DNA from: Octopus sinensis
Lineage: Eukaryota
Assembly: GCF_006345805.1 (NCBI RefSeq)
Contig: NC_043014.1
Span: 13,454,001 to 13,518,000, forward strand
Direction of reading: 5' to 3'
Length of the DNA: 64,000 nt
In this document: positions 26,791-39,833 of the stretch, piece after piece
Layout: each line of letters begins with the position of its first letter
How positions within the stretch are numbered: the stretch's first letter is position 1
The notes under the pieces: model-generated
Database searches by the model: none
What the model saw: the letters and a program-made list of their open reading frames with translations, nothing else
What the model was told of the DNA's origin: nothing
Program-made: the position numbers and the translations under genes

Positions 26791-28170
26791 TATTAAAAAT
26801 GTTCTTTAATTTTGGTTTGCGATAAAAACACTGCTGCAGCCTGCTGTATCTATCCTTTAAGCAATGTAACTCACACTATGAAGCTGTTCGGGCCCTGCTT
26901 ACAGTATCTAACTTCACTTACACTTACCAAGCAGTAAACATGACACTCCATTTTATTTCTCTTTTTATTATGGTTAGTATTATATCAAACTGAGTTCATA
27001 TCGTAGTTGAACAGCTGCAAACAGACTAGTTTCATTCATACACACACAGATGTGTTATGCATATGTGTAGTCACTTCAACATACGGAAGAGCAGGCAAAA
27101 TATAGTTGATGGTGTTTTAAGTACGAAGCTACAGGAAGTATTTTGGATGTTATTTTTGTCAACTGTGTAAACAAGAGGAAGTCAAGGGAAGGGATTATAA
27201 GGATTCCTAAGAAATAGGTATGTCATCATATGAATTATGATACACAGAAAACAGTAGAATTTTTGATGAACTTCAATATATCTGTCATTGGTATAGTATT
27301 GTGGAAATCTTTTAACTAAATACTGTATAAACTTGATTGAAATTCTAGTTGGATACTAAGAAGACTTTTAGACATTGATATAAAATGACTGTTCTATGTT
27401 GGCATAATAATATATTGGTATTTTATCTTTTACTTGTTCTAGTCGTAGGAGTGGCTGTGTGGTAAGTAGCTTGCTTACCAACCACATGGTTCCAGGTTCA
27501 TTCCCACTGCATGGCACCTTGGGGAAGTGTCTTCTACTATAGCCTCGGGACGACCAAAGCCTTGTGAGTGGATTTGGTAGATGGAAACTGAAAGAAGCCC
27601 ATCGTATATATGTATGTGTGCGCATATGTTTGTGTGTCTGTGTTTGTCCCCCCAGCATCGCTTGACAACCGATGGTGGTGTGTTTAGGTCTTCGTAACTT
27701 AGCGGTTGCATGACAGTACGACTATCACGTGATGTCAGGGTAAAAAGACCATCACACACACAATTACATATATGCATGCATGTGTGCATACACACACACA
27801 CACACATGCAGAGGCTTCTTTTAGTTTCTCTCTACCAAATCCACTTATGAGGCTTTGGTTGGCCTGTAGCTATAGAAGACACTTGAACAAGGTACCACAC
27901 CGCAGGACTGAACCTGAAACTGTATGATTGGAAAGCAAACTTCTTAGCACACAGCTACAGTTGTGTCTCTGGTTCTTGTAAAAGTCATTTAAAAAATTTG
28001 AATCGAAATAGGTGCAGGAGTGGCTGTGTGGTAAGTAGCTCGCTTACCAAACACATGGTCCTGGGTTCAATCCCACTGCATGGCACCTTGGGCAAGTGTC
28101 TTCTACTATAGCCTCACGCCGACCAAAGGCTTGTAAGTGGATTTGGTAGACGGAAACTGAGAGAAGCCTG

Positions 28171-28208
<38 letters not shown>

Positions 28209-28944
28209 ATATATATGTGTGTGTTTGTGTGTCTGTTTGTCCCCCCCAACATCGCTTGACAACCGATGGTGGTGTGTTTACGTCCCTGTAACTTAGCGGT
28301 TTGGCAAAAGAGACCGATAAAATAAGTATTAGGCTTACAAAGAATAAGCTCTGGGGTCGATTTGCTCGACTATAAAGGCAGTGTTCCAGCATGGCCACAG
28401 TCGCATGACTGAAACAAGTAAAAAAGTCGGAGAATGTGTTTTATAAAAAAAAAACAATAAAAAAGCAATGAAAAAGCAATGGGAAACAAATCTACATTTC
28501 CAAAGAAACTAGTGAAAAAAAATGAAACAAACAAAATAAACAGCTAATAAGATTCTGTGCCAGGAAAAGAGGTTAATTCTAACTTCAGAGAGGGTCTTTC
28601 CTGTCAAGAAACGAGACGTTTTGTGAGTCACTTCTCACAAATGTATTTTGTGAATTTACTCACAGCATTGTTGTTTGGTGACGTATAAGAAATGAATGTA
28701 GTGCATTCATTAATTTATAATCAAATGTAGAATTGTGTCAGTGTTACTTCAGATAAACTCCTTATCTTCTAGTTCTCAGTTTAAATCTGGTTTTGCACAG
28801 TCTTATGTGCCAGTCTTCCATAGTTAATAATAATAATGATAATAATAATGATAATAATAATAACAACAATAATAATAATAATAATAATCATTGTTTAATG
28901 TCTATTTTCCATTAAATCTTAGCATGGGTGACATGGTTTTGTTG

Positions 28945-29244
28945 TTTGTTCCTTTTCGAACCATGCCTGGCTCATAAGGGCCGGTTTTCCAGTTTCTTGG
29001 CATATAGGTTCCCCACCTGGACGGGACGCCGGTCCGTCGCAGGTGAGCTGCAAGATGCAGGAGGAAAGAGTGAGAGAAAGTTGTGGCGAAAGAGTCAGCA
29101 GAAGTTCGTCATTACCTTCTGCCGGAGCCACGTGGAGCTTAAGTGTTTCACTCATAAACACACACATCGTCCGGTCTGAGATTCGAACCCGCGATCCCTC
29201 GACCGCGAGTCCGCTGCTCTAACCACTTGGCCATGTGCCTCCAC
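28945..29244 (-). mobile_element. SINE with C-like head and tail-X variant
   Basis: gtggaggcacatggccaagtggttagagc...gggttcgaatctc head; gacggaccggcgtcccgtccag body. Confidence 0.78.
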
Positions 29245-29603
29245 CTGACATGGTTTGACTGGAGCCTGTAAGCTGGAGAGCTGCACCAAGCTCCAGTCTG
29301 TTTTGGTTTGGTTTCAACAGCTGGATACCCTTCCTAATGCCGACCACTCTACAGAGTGTACTGGGTATCTTTTACGTATCACCAGCATGGGTACCCTTTA
29401 CACGTCACCAGTACTGACCATGACCGTGATTTCACTTAGCTCGACATGTCTTCTCAAGCACAGCAAATCACCAGAAATCTTGCTCATTTGTCATCACCTC
29501 CATGACACTCGACAACTGAAGGTCATATTTCACCCCCTTGTTCTGTCTTCCTGGGTCTATGTCTTCCACAGGTCCCCTTCATATTTAGAGATTAACACTT
29601 TAA

Positions 29604-29815
29604 TCCTTTAGTATTCAGGTTACTTTTTCAAGTATGATGTTTATTCACATCATTTTGAACTAATCCTGCATTATTTTGTAGGTTTGGGGTTTCAATGATG
29701 TGATAATATATTTTTGGAAAGACATTGTAGGGTATGTGTGAGAGGCCAGTTGTAGCCAGTTTGAACATAAAACAAATAATTTGGGCTGGATAGGGTTGGT
29801 TTAAATGCTAAAGGG
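29604..29815. mobile_element. piggyBac-type MITE
   Basis: TTAA|TCCTTTAGTATT...AATGCTAAAGGG|TTAA. Confidence 0.8.
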
Positions 29816-31339
29816 TTAAGCAATTACCTTTGTCTATATGCATCACATGCCTATACCAGCATGTACTTAAGGCACTTACAGTATGAATATGTAGATGGCC
29901 AAAATAAATTATATATTTAGGAATTTGCTCATCACAATGACTAACAGTGGCTTGAAGTTTGAGGGAATTTACTTTATAAAGAACTTACTTTTTTTTTTTT
30001 TTTTTCAAAAAATAAAATACAAACAAGTAGCAATTCAGATCGTTAAGAGTAATCAGACAGCTATGAAGTGTCTTGATCATGGCAGGGCTTAGGGGTAGAT
30101 GTAATGATTTAAAATTTTGTAATGATTTTAAATTTAAAGGTCAGCTATTTTGCAGAAGGGGTAAGTTGATTACATCAACCCCAGTGTTCAACTAGTGTTT
30201 ATTTTATTGACCCTTAAAGGACGAAAGGCAGAGTCAACCCTGGTGGAATTTGAACTCAAAACATAAAGGCAAATGAAATGCCACTAAACATTTGCCCAGC
30301 GTGCTAATGATTCTGCCAGCTCACTGCCTTATGGGTAGATGTAGTATTAACGATTAGCAGCTTATCAATTTATCACTAGTGATTTGTTAAATATATCAAA
30401 GGCTCAGTTCGGCTATTTGTACAATAGGTAGCATTAACAGTTACAGTTAACCATTCTAGGCAGTGAGAACATATTAATTGATAAATATTCAATTAGATAT
30501 GTTTAAAATTTACGATGGATCAGTTTTATAACTAGATTCAAGTGTGTGTGTGTGTTATGCACGCATCTCTTTCTCATAGATGTTTGCATAGGCACAGGAG
30601 TGGCTGTGTGGTAAGTAGCTTGCTTACCAACCACATGATTCCGGGTTCGTTCCTACTGCGTGACACCTTGGGGAAGTGTCTTCTACTATAGCCTCGGGCC
30701 GACCAAAGCCTTGCGAGCAGATTGGGTAGATGGAAACTGAAAGAAGCCCGTCGTATATATGTATATATATATATTTGTGTGTATGTTTGGTGTGTGTGTT
30801 TGTCCCCCCCCAACATTGCTTGACAACTGATGGTGGTGTGTTTACGTCCCCGTAACTTAGCGGTTCGGCAAAAAGAGACTGATAGAATAAGTACAAGGCT
30901 TCCAAAGAATAAGTCCTGGGGTCGATTTGCTCGACTAAAGGTAGTGCTCCAGCATGGCCGCAGTCAAATGACCGAAACAATTAAAAGAGTAAAAAGAGTA
31001 AGAGTATGAGAAAATTTACCTTTGCTCAATATAAATGAGTTATAAACATTTAAACAACGAAATATTTTGAAATAACTAACTATAAAGAATAGACATGTGA
31101 TCATCCAATCAATATTTGAATTGAAGGTAGTTTGCATCTAAATTAACGTACAACTCCACATCACAGAACGCAAAGAAAATCAGCATAAAATTTTTAACAG
31201 GTAAATCAAAAGATATTAAAGTGAAGACACTAAAGAAACAGCACCGGTATTGTAGTAAGGTTGCTAATCGATGCAGTAGAAACGTGTGTAGGTTTATTTG
31301 AGGCTATATATAGGGTCTTCATAATAATCCTTATTATTG

Positions 31340-31401
31340 ATATATATATATATAAGATTAAAGTGAAGTAGCATTAGTGTTACCTTTAATTCCTTTGTGT
31401 G

Positions 31402-31437
<36 letters not shown>

Positions 31438-31930
31438 GAATTAAAGGTAATACTAATGCTACTTCATAATAACCCTTATTAATACATATATATATACACA
31501 CACATACACACATACATATACATATACCTATATATGCATAATACATATATATATATATGCATACATATATATATATGCATATACATACATATACGTATAT
31601 ATACATACATATGTATACATACACATAAATATATATATACATACATATATATATGTATACATACATATATATATACACACACACATATATATAATTATTA
31701 TTATATGCATTCACATACACACATATATAATATATTATTATATATATACACACATATACATTCACATGCACATACATATATATATTATTTATTATATATA
31801 TAAATATATATATATATACTTACACACATATATATATTTATTATACACACACACACACACACACACCACACACACACATATATATATATATATTTATTTT
31901 ATACATACACACACTCACATATTTATATAA
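31340..31930. repeat. Compound (TA)n/(CA)n low-complexity tract
   Basis: Direct reading. Similar tracts at 339-393, 5453-5487, 34056-34126, 50310-50530, 57790-57860, 60965-61023. Confidence 0.95.
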
Positions 31931-32407
31931 TAATTTTTGCCATTGTTTTAACATTTACTTTTCCATGCTTGCTTTGGTTGGGTAGAATTTGTTGAGACGG
32001 CAATTTTTACGGAACTGGATGCGCTTTCTGTGGCCAATGCGTCACTGTTCCAAGTAAGGTAATATTTCCCCATAACCTGACATGGAACATTGGCAATAAA
32101 AGACACTGCTTGAGTGACGGTGATTTTTGTTTACAACTATCACACCAAGTAAAGCCGGGACTGTAATATGCACAAAATACATGTGCATGTACACGTTCAC
32201 ACAAACACACATGACAAGCATTTAGTTTCCTTCTACCAAACCCGCTCACAAGGCTTTTGTTGGCCTGGGGCTATCATAGAAGACACTTGCCCAAGGTGCC
32301 TTGTAGTGGGATTGAACTTGAGACCATGCAGTTGGGAAGCAAACTTCATACCACACAGCCATGATCATCAGGTATTGGTCTTAGAGAAGTATTTATATGA
32401 AATCATT

Positions 32408-32840
32408 TCGATGACTGGCATCTGTGCTAGCGGGGTGCAAAGAGCACCATACGAGTGTGATTGTTGACAGAGCGGCTAACCGGCTTCCATGCCAGTGGCA
32501 CATAAAAGGGCACCATTCGAGTATGATCGTTACCAGTGTCGCCTTACTGGTAACAAATACGAGCGTGATTGTTACCAATGTCGCTTCACTGGCACGTGTA
32601 AAAAGATTCGAGTGAGGTCATTGCCAATACCGCCTGACTGGCCCCTGTGCAGGTGGCACGTAAAAAGCACCCACTACCCTCTCGGAGTGGTTGGCGTTAG
32701 GAAGGGCATCCAGCTGTAGAAACTCTGCCAGATCAAGAAGATTGGTGCCTGGTGCAGCCATCTGGTTCACCAGTCCTCAGTCAAATCATCCAACCCATGC
32801 TAGCATGGAAAGCGGACGTTAAACGATGATGATGATGATG
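32408..32840 (+). mobile_element. RTE 3'-UTR fragment
   Basis: Same UTR array and (GAT)n tail. Confidence 0.8.
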
Positions 32841-34063
32841 AATCCTACATAACCTCATTATCTTAGCGGAATCAATTTTTATAATTGTAATCGCATACAT
32901 TAGCTCATTCCTGTGTTACCACTCTGACATGTTATTTCTTCTTCTATATTCTTTGTCATATCTACTTTCCATGTGTTTTACTTCATCGGATGTTGGATGG
33001 GATATTCTCACTACTACTACAACTCTAAACAGTTAAGTAGTTTCCTTAGTACTACTTACTGAGCCATCACCCTGATTCTGTCAACATTAGTTCCAGGATT
33101 ACATTGTTACATTCGTCATCAATGACAAGGCTAAATACATAAATAAAATGAAATTCAATCAGGAATTGGTATCTGATGTTTTAGATAGATGTAAGGAATA
33201 TTTTACAATTTTCAATTGAGGCGGTGCTCCAGCATGGCTGCAGTCAAATGACTGAAACAAGTAAAAGAATAAAATATTTTGATATTAACTTTTTGCTATG
33301 ATGCTGATGAAAGACTGAGTTATGTGCCTTGCTTGATGTACAAACGAACCAGCAAGGGAGCCTCTACGTAGTCAGACGACTCATTAGAAATAGCAGCCAA
33401 ATTTTTCAAATGATACTCCATTGTTTTAAGAAGAAAGATAAAATGATGCATTAGATTATGTGCTAGATATACTGTAATGCCTATTTATTTTCATTGTTTT
33501 GAATTTATGATGCATTATCTCATAGCTTGAAGATTTCACTGATATGATTGTTTATTTTTAGAATGAAATTGTAAAGTAGGTAGGAGAGGCTGCATGTAGC
33601 CAGTTTGAACTTAAAACACTTGGGCCTTATATAGCCGGTTTAAATTTAAATGCTAAAGATGAAACGGATATTGTATTGTCATGGCTGGAGTGTCTTTGAT
33701 CTCAGAACTCACCTAAAACGAAATAAAACCAATTTATCTGTCCACTTGTACATATTCTTCCACACCATGTTAATAGCACTGAGGAAGCATCTTACATTGT
33801 TGAAATTTTCCAATCATACCAACAGTTACAAGGGAGGCATGATAAGTTTGTTTGATTTACTCTTTTACTCTTTTCAGTCATTTGACTGTGGCCATGCTGG
33901 AGCACCGCCTTTTAGTCGAGCAAATCGACCCCAGGACTTATTCTTTGTAAGCCTAGTACTTATTCTATCGGTCTCTTTTGCCGAACCGCTAAGTTACTGG
34001 GATGCAAACACACCAGCATCGGTTGTCAAGCGATGTTGGCATGGACAAGCACAGATACACACA

Positions 34064-34131
<68 letters not shown>

Positions 34132-34445
34132 ATGGGCTTCTTTCAGTTTCTGTCTACCAAATCCACTCACAACGCTTTGGTCGGCCTGGGGCTATAGTAG
34201 AAGATACTTGCCCAAGGTGCCACGCAGTGGGACTGAACCCGGAACCTTGCGGTTGGTAAGCAAGCTACTTACCACACAGCCACTCCTATGCCCTGGTTAC
34301 ATTTTAATTTCATTCTATAATTGCTGTATAATTGCTTTCTATCTTACAATCAGCAATGAGTTCAGCAACAAATTTAGCACATATAAGTAGGTAGGGATTT
34401 GTCAGCACTCAGTTCTCAAACTTCCCTCTCTTGTTTTCCTCCAGG

Positions 34446-34915
34446 TCATCATCATCAGTTAGCGTCTGCTTTCCATGCTAGCATGGGTTGGACGGTTCAG
34501 CAGGGGTCTGGGAAGCCAGAAGGCTGCACCAGGCCCAGTCTGATTTAGCAATGTTTCTACGGCTGGATGCCCTTCCTAACGCCAACCACTCCGAGAGTGT
34601 AGTGGGTGCTCTTTACGTGCCACCGGCACAGGTGCCAGACGAGGCTAGCAAACGGCCACGATCGGATGGTGCTTTTTACGTGCCACCGGCACAGAGGCCA
34701 GTCGGGGCGGTGCTGGCAACGGCCATGTTCAGATGGTTCTCTTACGTGCCACCAGCACTGGTATCACAGCTACAATTTCCATTATGTTGATCGATTTGAT
34801 TTTGATTTTCACTAGCCTCAACAGGTCTTCGCAAGCAGAGTTTTGTTGCTCCACGAAGGAAGGTATGCATAAGTGGACTGGTCCATCCAGGTAGAGGCCA
34901 CGGGTTATGGTCTCG
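34446..34915 (-). mobile_element. RTE 3'-UTR fragment
   Basis: Collinear with the UTR of 59275-59850. Confidence 0.8.
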
Positions 34916-35204
34916 AGTTTGACATTTAACATAGATTTAGGGGGTGTTTATCAGAGTTGTTTTTCATCAGCAGGATTTGAACCCAGAATGTAAAGAAACA
35001 TAAGGAACCAGAAGAAATACTGCAAGGCATTTTGTTCTAACACTGATTGGCAGAATCATTAACTCTACCAGTTCACCACTCTTACATGTGTGTGTGTGTT
35101 TATCAAGTTTACATTTTCTGCCTTTTTGGTATTCTCTAATCTCTCTTATACTTCTATCACACATCTCTTCTATCATTCACCTTTCAATCAGTCTTCATAC
35201 CTCT

Positions 35205-35680
35205 ATCACCTGTGCCTCTCTTCCACCTGTGCCTCTCTTCCACCTGTGCCTCTCTTCTACCTGTGCCTTTCTTATTTCTTTATTGCCCACAAGGGGGAAC
35301 AGACAAGGACATAGAGGGAACAGACAAGGACAGACAAAGGGATTAAGTCGATTACATCGACCCCAGTGCATAATTGGTACTTAATTTATTGACCCCGAAA
35401 GGATGAAAGGCAAAGTTGACCTTGGCAGAATTTGAACTCAGAATGTAATGGCAGACAAAATACCGCTAAGTATTTCGCCTCTCTGCCGCCTGTGCCTCTC
35501 TCCCGCCTGTGCCTCTCTGCCACCTGTGCCTCTCTTCCACCTGTGCCTCTCTGCCACCTGTGCCTCTCTTCCACCTGTGCCTCTCTGCCACCTGTACCTC
35601 TCTGTCACCTGTGCCTCTTTTGCCCCTGCCACCTGTACCTCTCTGCCACCTGTATCTCTCTGTGACCTGTGCCTCTGTCG
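35205..35680 (+). repeat. 17 bp minisatellite (cctgtgcctctcttcca) split by a family B SINE
   Basis: About 4 units at 35205-35270 and about 12 at 35477-35680. Confidence 0.9.
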
Positions 35681-36343
35681 TCCGTTCATCTCTATTGCTG
35701 ACCTCCTTTTTTTTCCTCTTTCACTGTATTATGGGGTTTGTGTGACTTAAGATGGCAGTCTCTCTTCGCTATACCATGCTTCCAATGTAACTAGGGATCA
35801 TCTGACACAAAGATCACCTCCTCCAATGTCTCCTCCCCTCTTAAACGTTCTTTGTCTTGCAAGTTACTTGGTGACCCTGCCAGTGTTTGTGCCACATAAA
35901 AAGCACTTAGTCCACTTCTGCAGAGTGTTAGGAAGAGCATCCAGCTGTAAAAACCATGCCAAAAACATACACAAGTCTGTTGCAGTCTTCTGCTTGGCCA
36001 GCTCCTGTCAGATTGTCCAACACATACCAGCACGGAAGGCAGATGTTTTGCATTCAATAATGTAATAATAGTGAATTGCTTGAGGATTAGCAAGCTGTTT
36101 TGCTTCACAAACTCTCTCTCTCGCTTTCTCCCTCTTCTTCAACAAAAGTCACTACAACTGGAACCAACAGAATCTCTTCTTTGTTGTATGGAATTCTCTT
36201 ACCTAAAATTATTAGACATCATAGGGTAGTTTTTCTACCTGGCCAGCTCCTGTGAACTGTCCTACCCATGCATGCATGCATGCAAGATGGATGTTAGATG
36301 ATGATGATCATCATCATACTGAGGTTGATTTGTTCAATTAAAC

Positions 36344-36589
36344 TAGTGGTTCTTAACCATTCTATTCCTATGGACCCCTTTGATTCCTATTTTACTCAGG
36401 TGAACCATTCAATGTTTAAAAAAATCCTATTATTTTTATGATTAAATATTATTAGGAATTCTATTGAAAAAAAACTAAAATATTTTGTGTATTGTAAAAG
36501 TACAAGTAATTTATTGCAGATAAGTTTTGACAACAAAATCCTATCTGGACACCCCTAAGGATCATGTGGACCCTAGTTGAGAACCACTG
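36344..36589. mobile_element. hAT (Charlie-like) MITE
   Basis: TSD aattaaac/gattaaac; termini TAGTGGTTCTTAAC...GTTGAGAACCACTG. Confidence 0.8.
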
Positions 36590-36606
36590 GATTAAACCCT
36601 TCAAGC

Positions 36607-36925
36607 CGATGCCAGTGCCCACTGGATTAAACCCTTCAAGCCTATGCCAGCGCCGCCTTAGCTGGCTTCTGTGCCGGTGGCACGTTAAAAGCACCAACCG
36701 ATCGTGGCCGATGCCGGACCCCCCTGGCACCTGTGCAGGTGGCACGTAAAAAGCACCCACTACACTCACGGAGTGGTTGGCGTTAGGAAGGGCATCCAGC
36801 TGTAGAAACTCTGCCGGATCAGACTAAAGCCTGGTGCAGCCCCTGGCTTCCCAGACCCCGGTCGAACCCTCCAACCCGTGCTAGCGCGGAAAAACAGACG
36901 TTAAACGATGATGATGATGATGATG
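36607..36925 (+). mobile_element. RTE 3'-UTR fragment
   Basis: Same UTR units and (GAT)n tail. Confidence 0.78.
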
Positions 36926-37112
36926 AAGCCATACTTAATTTATGGTAGCCCCTATTTGGCCAGTTTCCTCCCATATAAAGGAAGTTTCTTTTCTTTCTCA
37001 TCACCATAACATTCTTCCCTTTATTGTCCTAGAACAGTGATATATATATAGCTTAAAGGTCCAATAGAAGTACAATCAACAAAAAAAAAAAGAACTCCAT
37101 CAAATGAGAGAG

Positions 37113-37766
37113 AATCAAATTAAATACACAACCGAAAGAGCTACTAACAGTTTCATCTTTTTTATGATACTTGAGCAGGCATATTTATAAAGTATGCTAT
37201 GTATCTTAAAGTGATCTTTCAGGCTGTTTATGCTTTAAATATATTTTATAAAAGAAGCATGCTGGATAGTAAGAAAATAAGAAGAAATATGGAAAAAAAA
37301 TGTGAAGGTTGGTGCAAAAAAATGGAATGAGAAAAAGGAAATGAAATCAAGAAAATTAAGATCCTCATCCTTCCTGAATGCAGAAAGCTCATTAAATACA
37401 ACCGCTTTAGAACAAAATAAGAGAAAATATGCCAAAGTCTGTGAGACAGCAGCTCAATCTAGAGTGGGTGGTGCCTTCCAATTCGATAAAAGAAACCTAT
37501 CCAAGGAAGACAAGGATATTAGTTTTCTTGATTTTGTTTCTCTTTTCCTGTTCCATTTTTTGCACCAACCTTCTTCATGTTTTTTCCACATTTTTTGTTA
37601 TTTTCTTACTGTCCAGCGTCTTTGTTTTTTAAAATATATATAACACATAAACAGGGCCTGAAAGATTTCTTTAAGAGACCTGGGATATTTTATAAATATT
37701 CTTGTTCAAGTATCATAATAGCATGAAACTCTTGGTAGCTCTTTTGGTTGTCTTTTGAAATTGATT
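37113..37766. repeat. Long imperfect palindrome (about 260 bp arms, about 125 bp spacer)
   Basis: For example caaccgaaagagctac / gtagctcttttggttg and gaaggttggtgcaaaaaaatggaa / ttccattttttgcaccaaccttc. Confidence 0.88.
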
Positions 37767-37775
37767 ATATATATA

Positions 37776-37812
<37 letters not shown>

Positions 37813-37902
37813 TGTTGTGTCTGGGGAGAGTCATTTTCTTTTCGTGCCTTATGATTTAATACACTCACTGATAAAATTTCCACTTATTCCTTATTTTTAT
37901 TT

Positions 37903-37943
37903 TCCTAAAATTTTCGTTGCGTCTTGCAACCTTTTCAATAGAC
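37903..37943 (-). ncRNA. Minimal type I hammerhead ribozyme-like motif (U3-A8 variant)
   Basis: GUCUA-UUGAAAA-G-GUUGC(AAGAC)GCAAC-GAAAA-UUU-UAGGA. Confidence 0.58.
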
Positions 37944-38284
37944 TTGACTCTCACATGAACTCACATAAAGAATCTTGCAAACTAAATCCCAAAACGAAAT
38001 AAGGATCTTGTCTTTTTGTATATCTGGAATTTCATTGTTCAATGTATTCTGATTAAGTTTTTAAAAAAAAGGTTTGGCTGTTATTTCTAGCAAGTTGAAT
38101 GACCACAAAGAAGTTTCTCCTTACTAAAATTTACATAATTAGTAAACTGTATGTGTATTTAGTGATTTGTAAACTATGTATGAGGTAGAGGCTATTTAAA
38201 AATTGTGTATGGTGTTATTTATTTTGGGTTAGAATTCATTGGGTTTGTTATTATTGAAGATATATAATAATAATAATGAAATTA

Positions 38285-38617
38285 TTGTATACAGTGCTCA
38301 GGTGCACCACAACTTGTCAGAAAGTGCGTATAAAGCATATGCAGTAATGTACAAATGTTTGGAAAGCGAACAATGCACGAGTCAGATACATGCTTGTGTG
38401 TGTATGGAGGGGAGAAAATCAAGTGTAGTGTTGGCAAATCTCAGGAAGCATGGAAGTTTTGAAGGATGCAGTGCTCCGACAACTAACAACTGATGCCGGC
38501 AGTTTGTTCCATGCTTCAGCAACTCTCAGCGTGAAAAAATGTTTCCTGAAGTCATGGGAGCTGTGCTGTTTTCTGACTTTGTAAATATGTCCACGGGTGT
38601 TAGATGGGTGGAGTTCC
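38285..38617 (-). mobile_element. 3' end of a CR1/L2-type LINE with (ATT)n tail
   Basis: TRGHIYKVRKQHSSHDFRKHFFTLRVAEAWNKLPASVV...FK, then UTR and tail. Confidence 0.8.
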
Positions 38618-38619
38618 AA

Positions 38620-38800
38620 TATTGTGATGTTGTAGATTGAAGATATTGTGTGTACTGGGGGTTTGTACTGTCTGTCAAGTCACAAGCACCCCAGACAGTC
38701 TGTACCTTACAGAGTATGCATCCAGTTCTAAGTAAAGCCAATTTTTGCAATGCACCAAGATTGTAGGGTATTTCTAAAGTGTCAAGATGTTTCTTCAAGT
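38620..38800 (-). mobile_element. C-terminal relic of a restriction-like-endonuclease non-LTR element (R4/NeSL-like)
   Basis: KKHLDTLEIPYNLGALQKLALLRTGCILCKV resembles the LQK.ALLGT..ILRKVL terminal motif (from recall). Confidence 0.55.
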
Positions 38801-39685
38801 TGCGTATTATTATTATTATTATTATTGAATGAGAGAGCAGTGCATGCCATCAAAGTGACACTGGGGTAAAATATACAAAGCCCAGTATACCCATCATGTC
38901 TACCCGTCTGATAAAGGTACACTAGGCACATGCATCACAACCATATGTGCGCGACATGGTGATCTCATATCAGGATAAACAGCACATGACCTTGCAGTTG
39001 GGGCCCTGTTAGAATTTTCTTCTGGTCGAGTAACCCATCCTGGTCAAAAGGTCCCTGAATAAGGGTTGTTTAAGGATGTTGAACGAAACACCCATGTTTC
39101 CAGAGGTGAATTATTCAAACCCCAAAGAATTCCTCTCAACACACAGCTATAATGCTCATGATCAGAGATGCACATATCATCAGCCACTAAGGGACATGCT
39201 CAACTGGTTATGGTCAAACAACTGGTCAAAAATCTGTGGTATTGAGCAGAATATTTGCTGTAGCCGATCTTTTTACCATTATTATTATTATTATTATTGT
39301 TGTTGTTGTTGTTGCAGTGAGCTGGCAGAATTGTTTGCATGCTGGGCAAAATGTTTAGTTGCATTTTGTCCGTTTTTACATTTTGAGTTCAAATTCTACT
39401 GAGGTCGACTTTGCCTTTCTTCCTTCCAGGGTCAATAAAATAAATACCAGTTAAGCACTGGGGGTCAATGTAATCAACTTATCCCCTTCCCTGAAATTAC
39501 TGGCCTCATGTCAAAATCTGTAATTGCTATTGTTATAAAGATAAGGTAGTTTGGCAGGTGTTGGTAGTTCAGATCCTTCCAATGTCAACTTTGCCTTTCA
39601 TCTTATTAATAAAGAACTAATTAGTTTATTAAGATGTTTCATTGTTGTGGTTTTTTTAATTCTTTTTTTTTTTTTATCTTTCCAG

Positions 39686-39833
39686 AGTTCTGGTAAAAGC
39701 TCTGTTTTGGAGAGTTTGGTAGGGAAAGATTTTCTACCTCGGGGATCTGGTATAGTCACCAGACGGCCTCTTGTTCTTCAATTGATACACATAGGTAAAG
39801 CTGAAATTGAAACTCGGCGACAAGAATCAACCG
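39686..39833 (+). CDS. DNM1L: Dynamin-1-like protein (Drp1), first coding exon visible (probably exon 2): P-loop and switch I
   Basis: Polypyrimidine tract and ccag acceptor; encodes [49 protein letters not shown]; donor G|gtgagt; 148 nt, phase 0 to 1. Confidence 0.96.

Noticed and set aside
33650-34390. 246 aa ORF
   Set aside because: Mostly an antisense family A SINE and (CA)n; no protein signal.
39551-39685. ORF extensions upstream of Drp1 exons (also 53883-53966 and 57538-57586)
   Set aside because: Intronic read-through across polypyrimidine tracts; homology starts at the AG acceptors.
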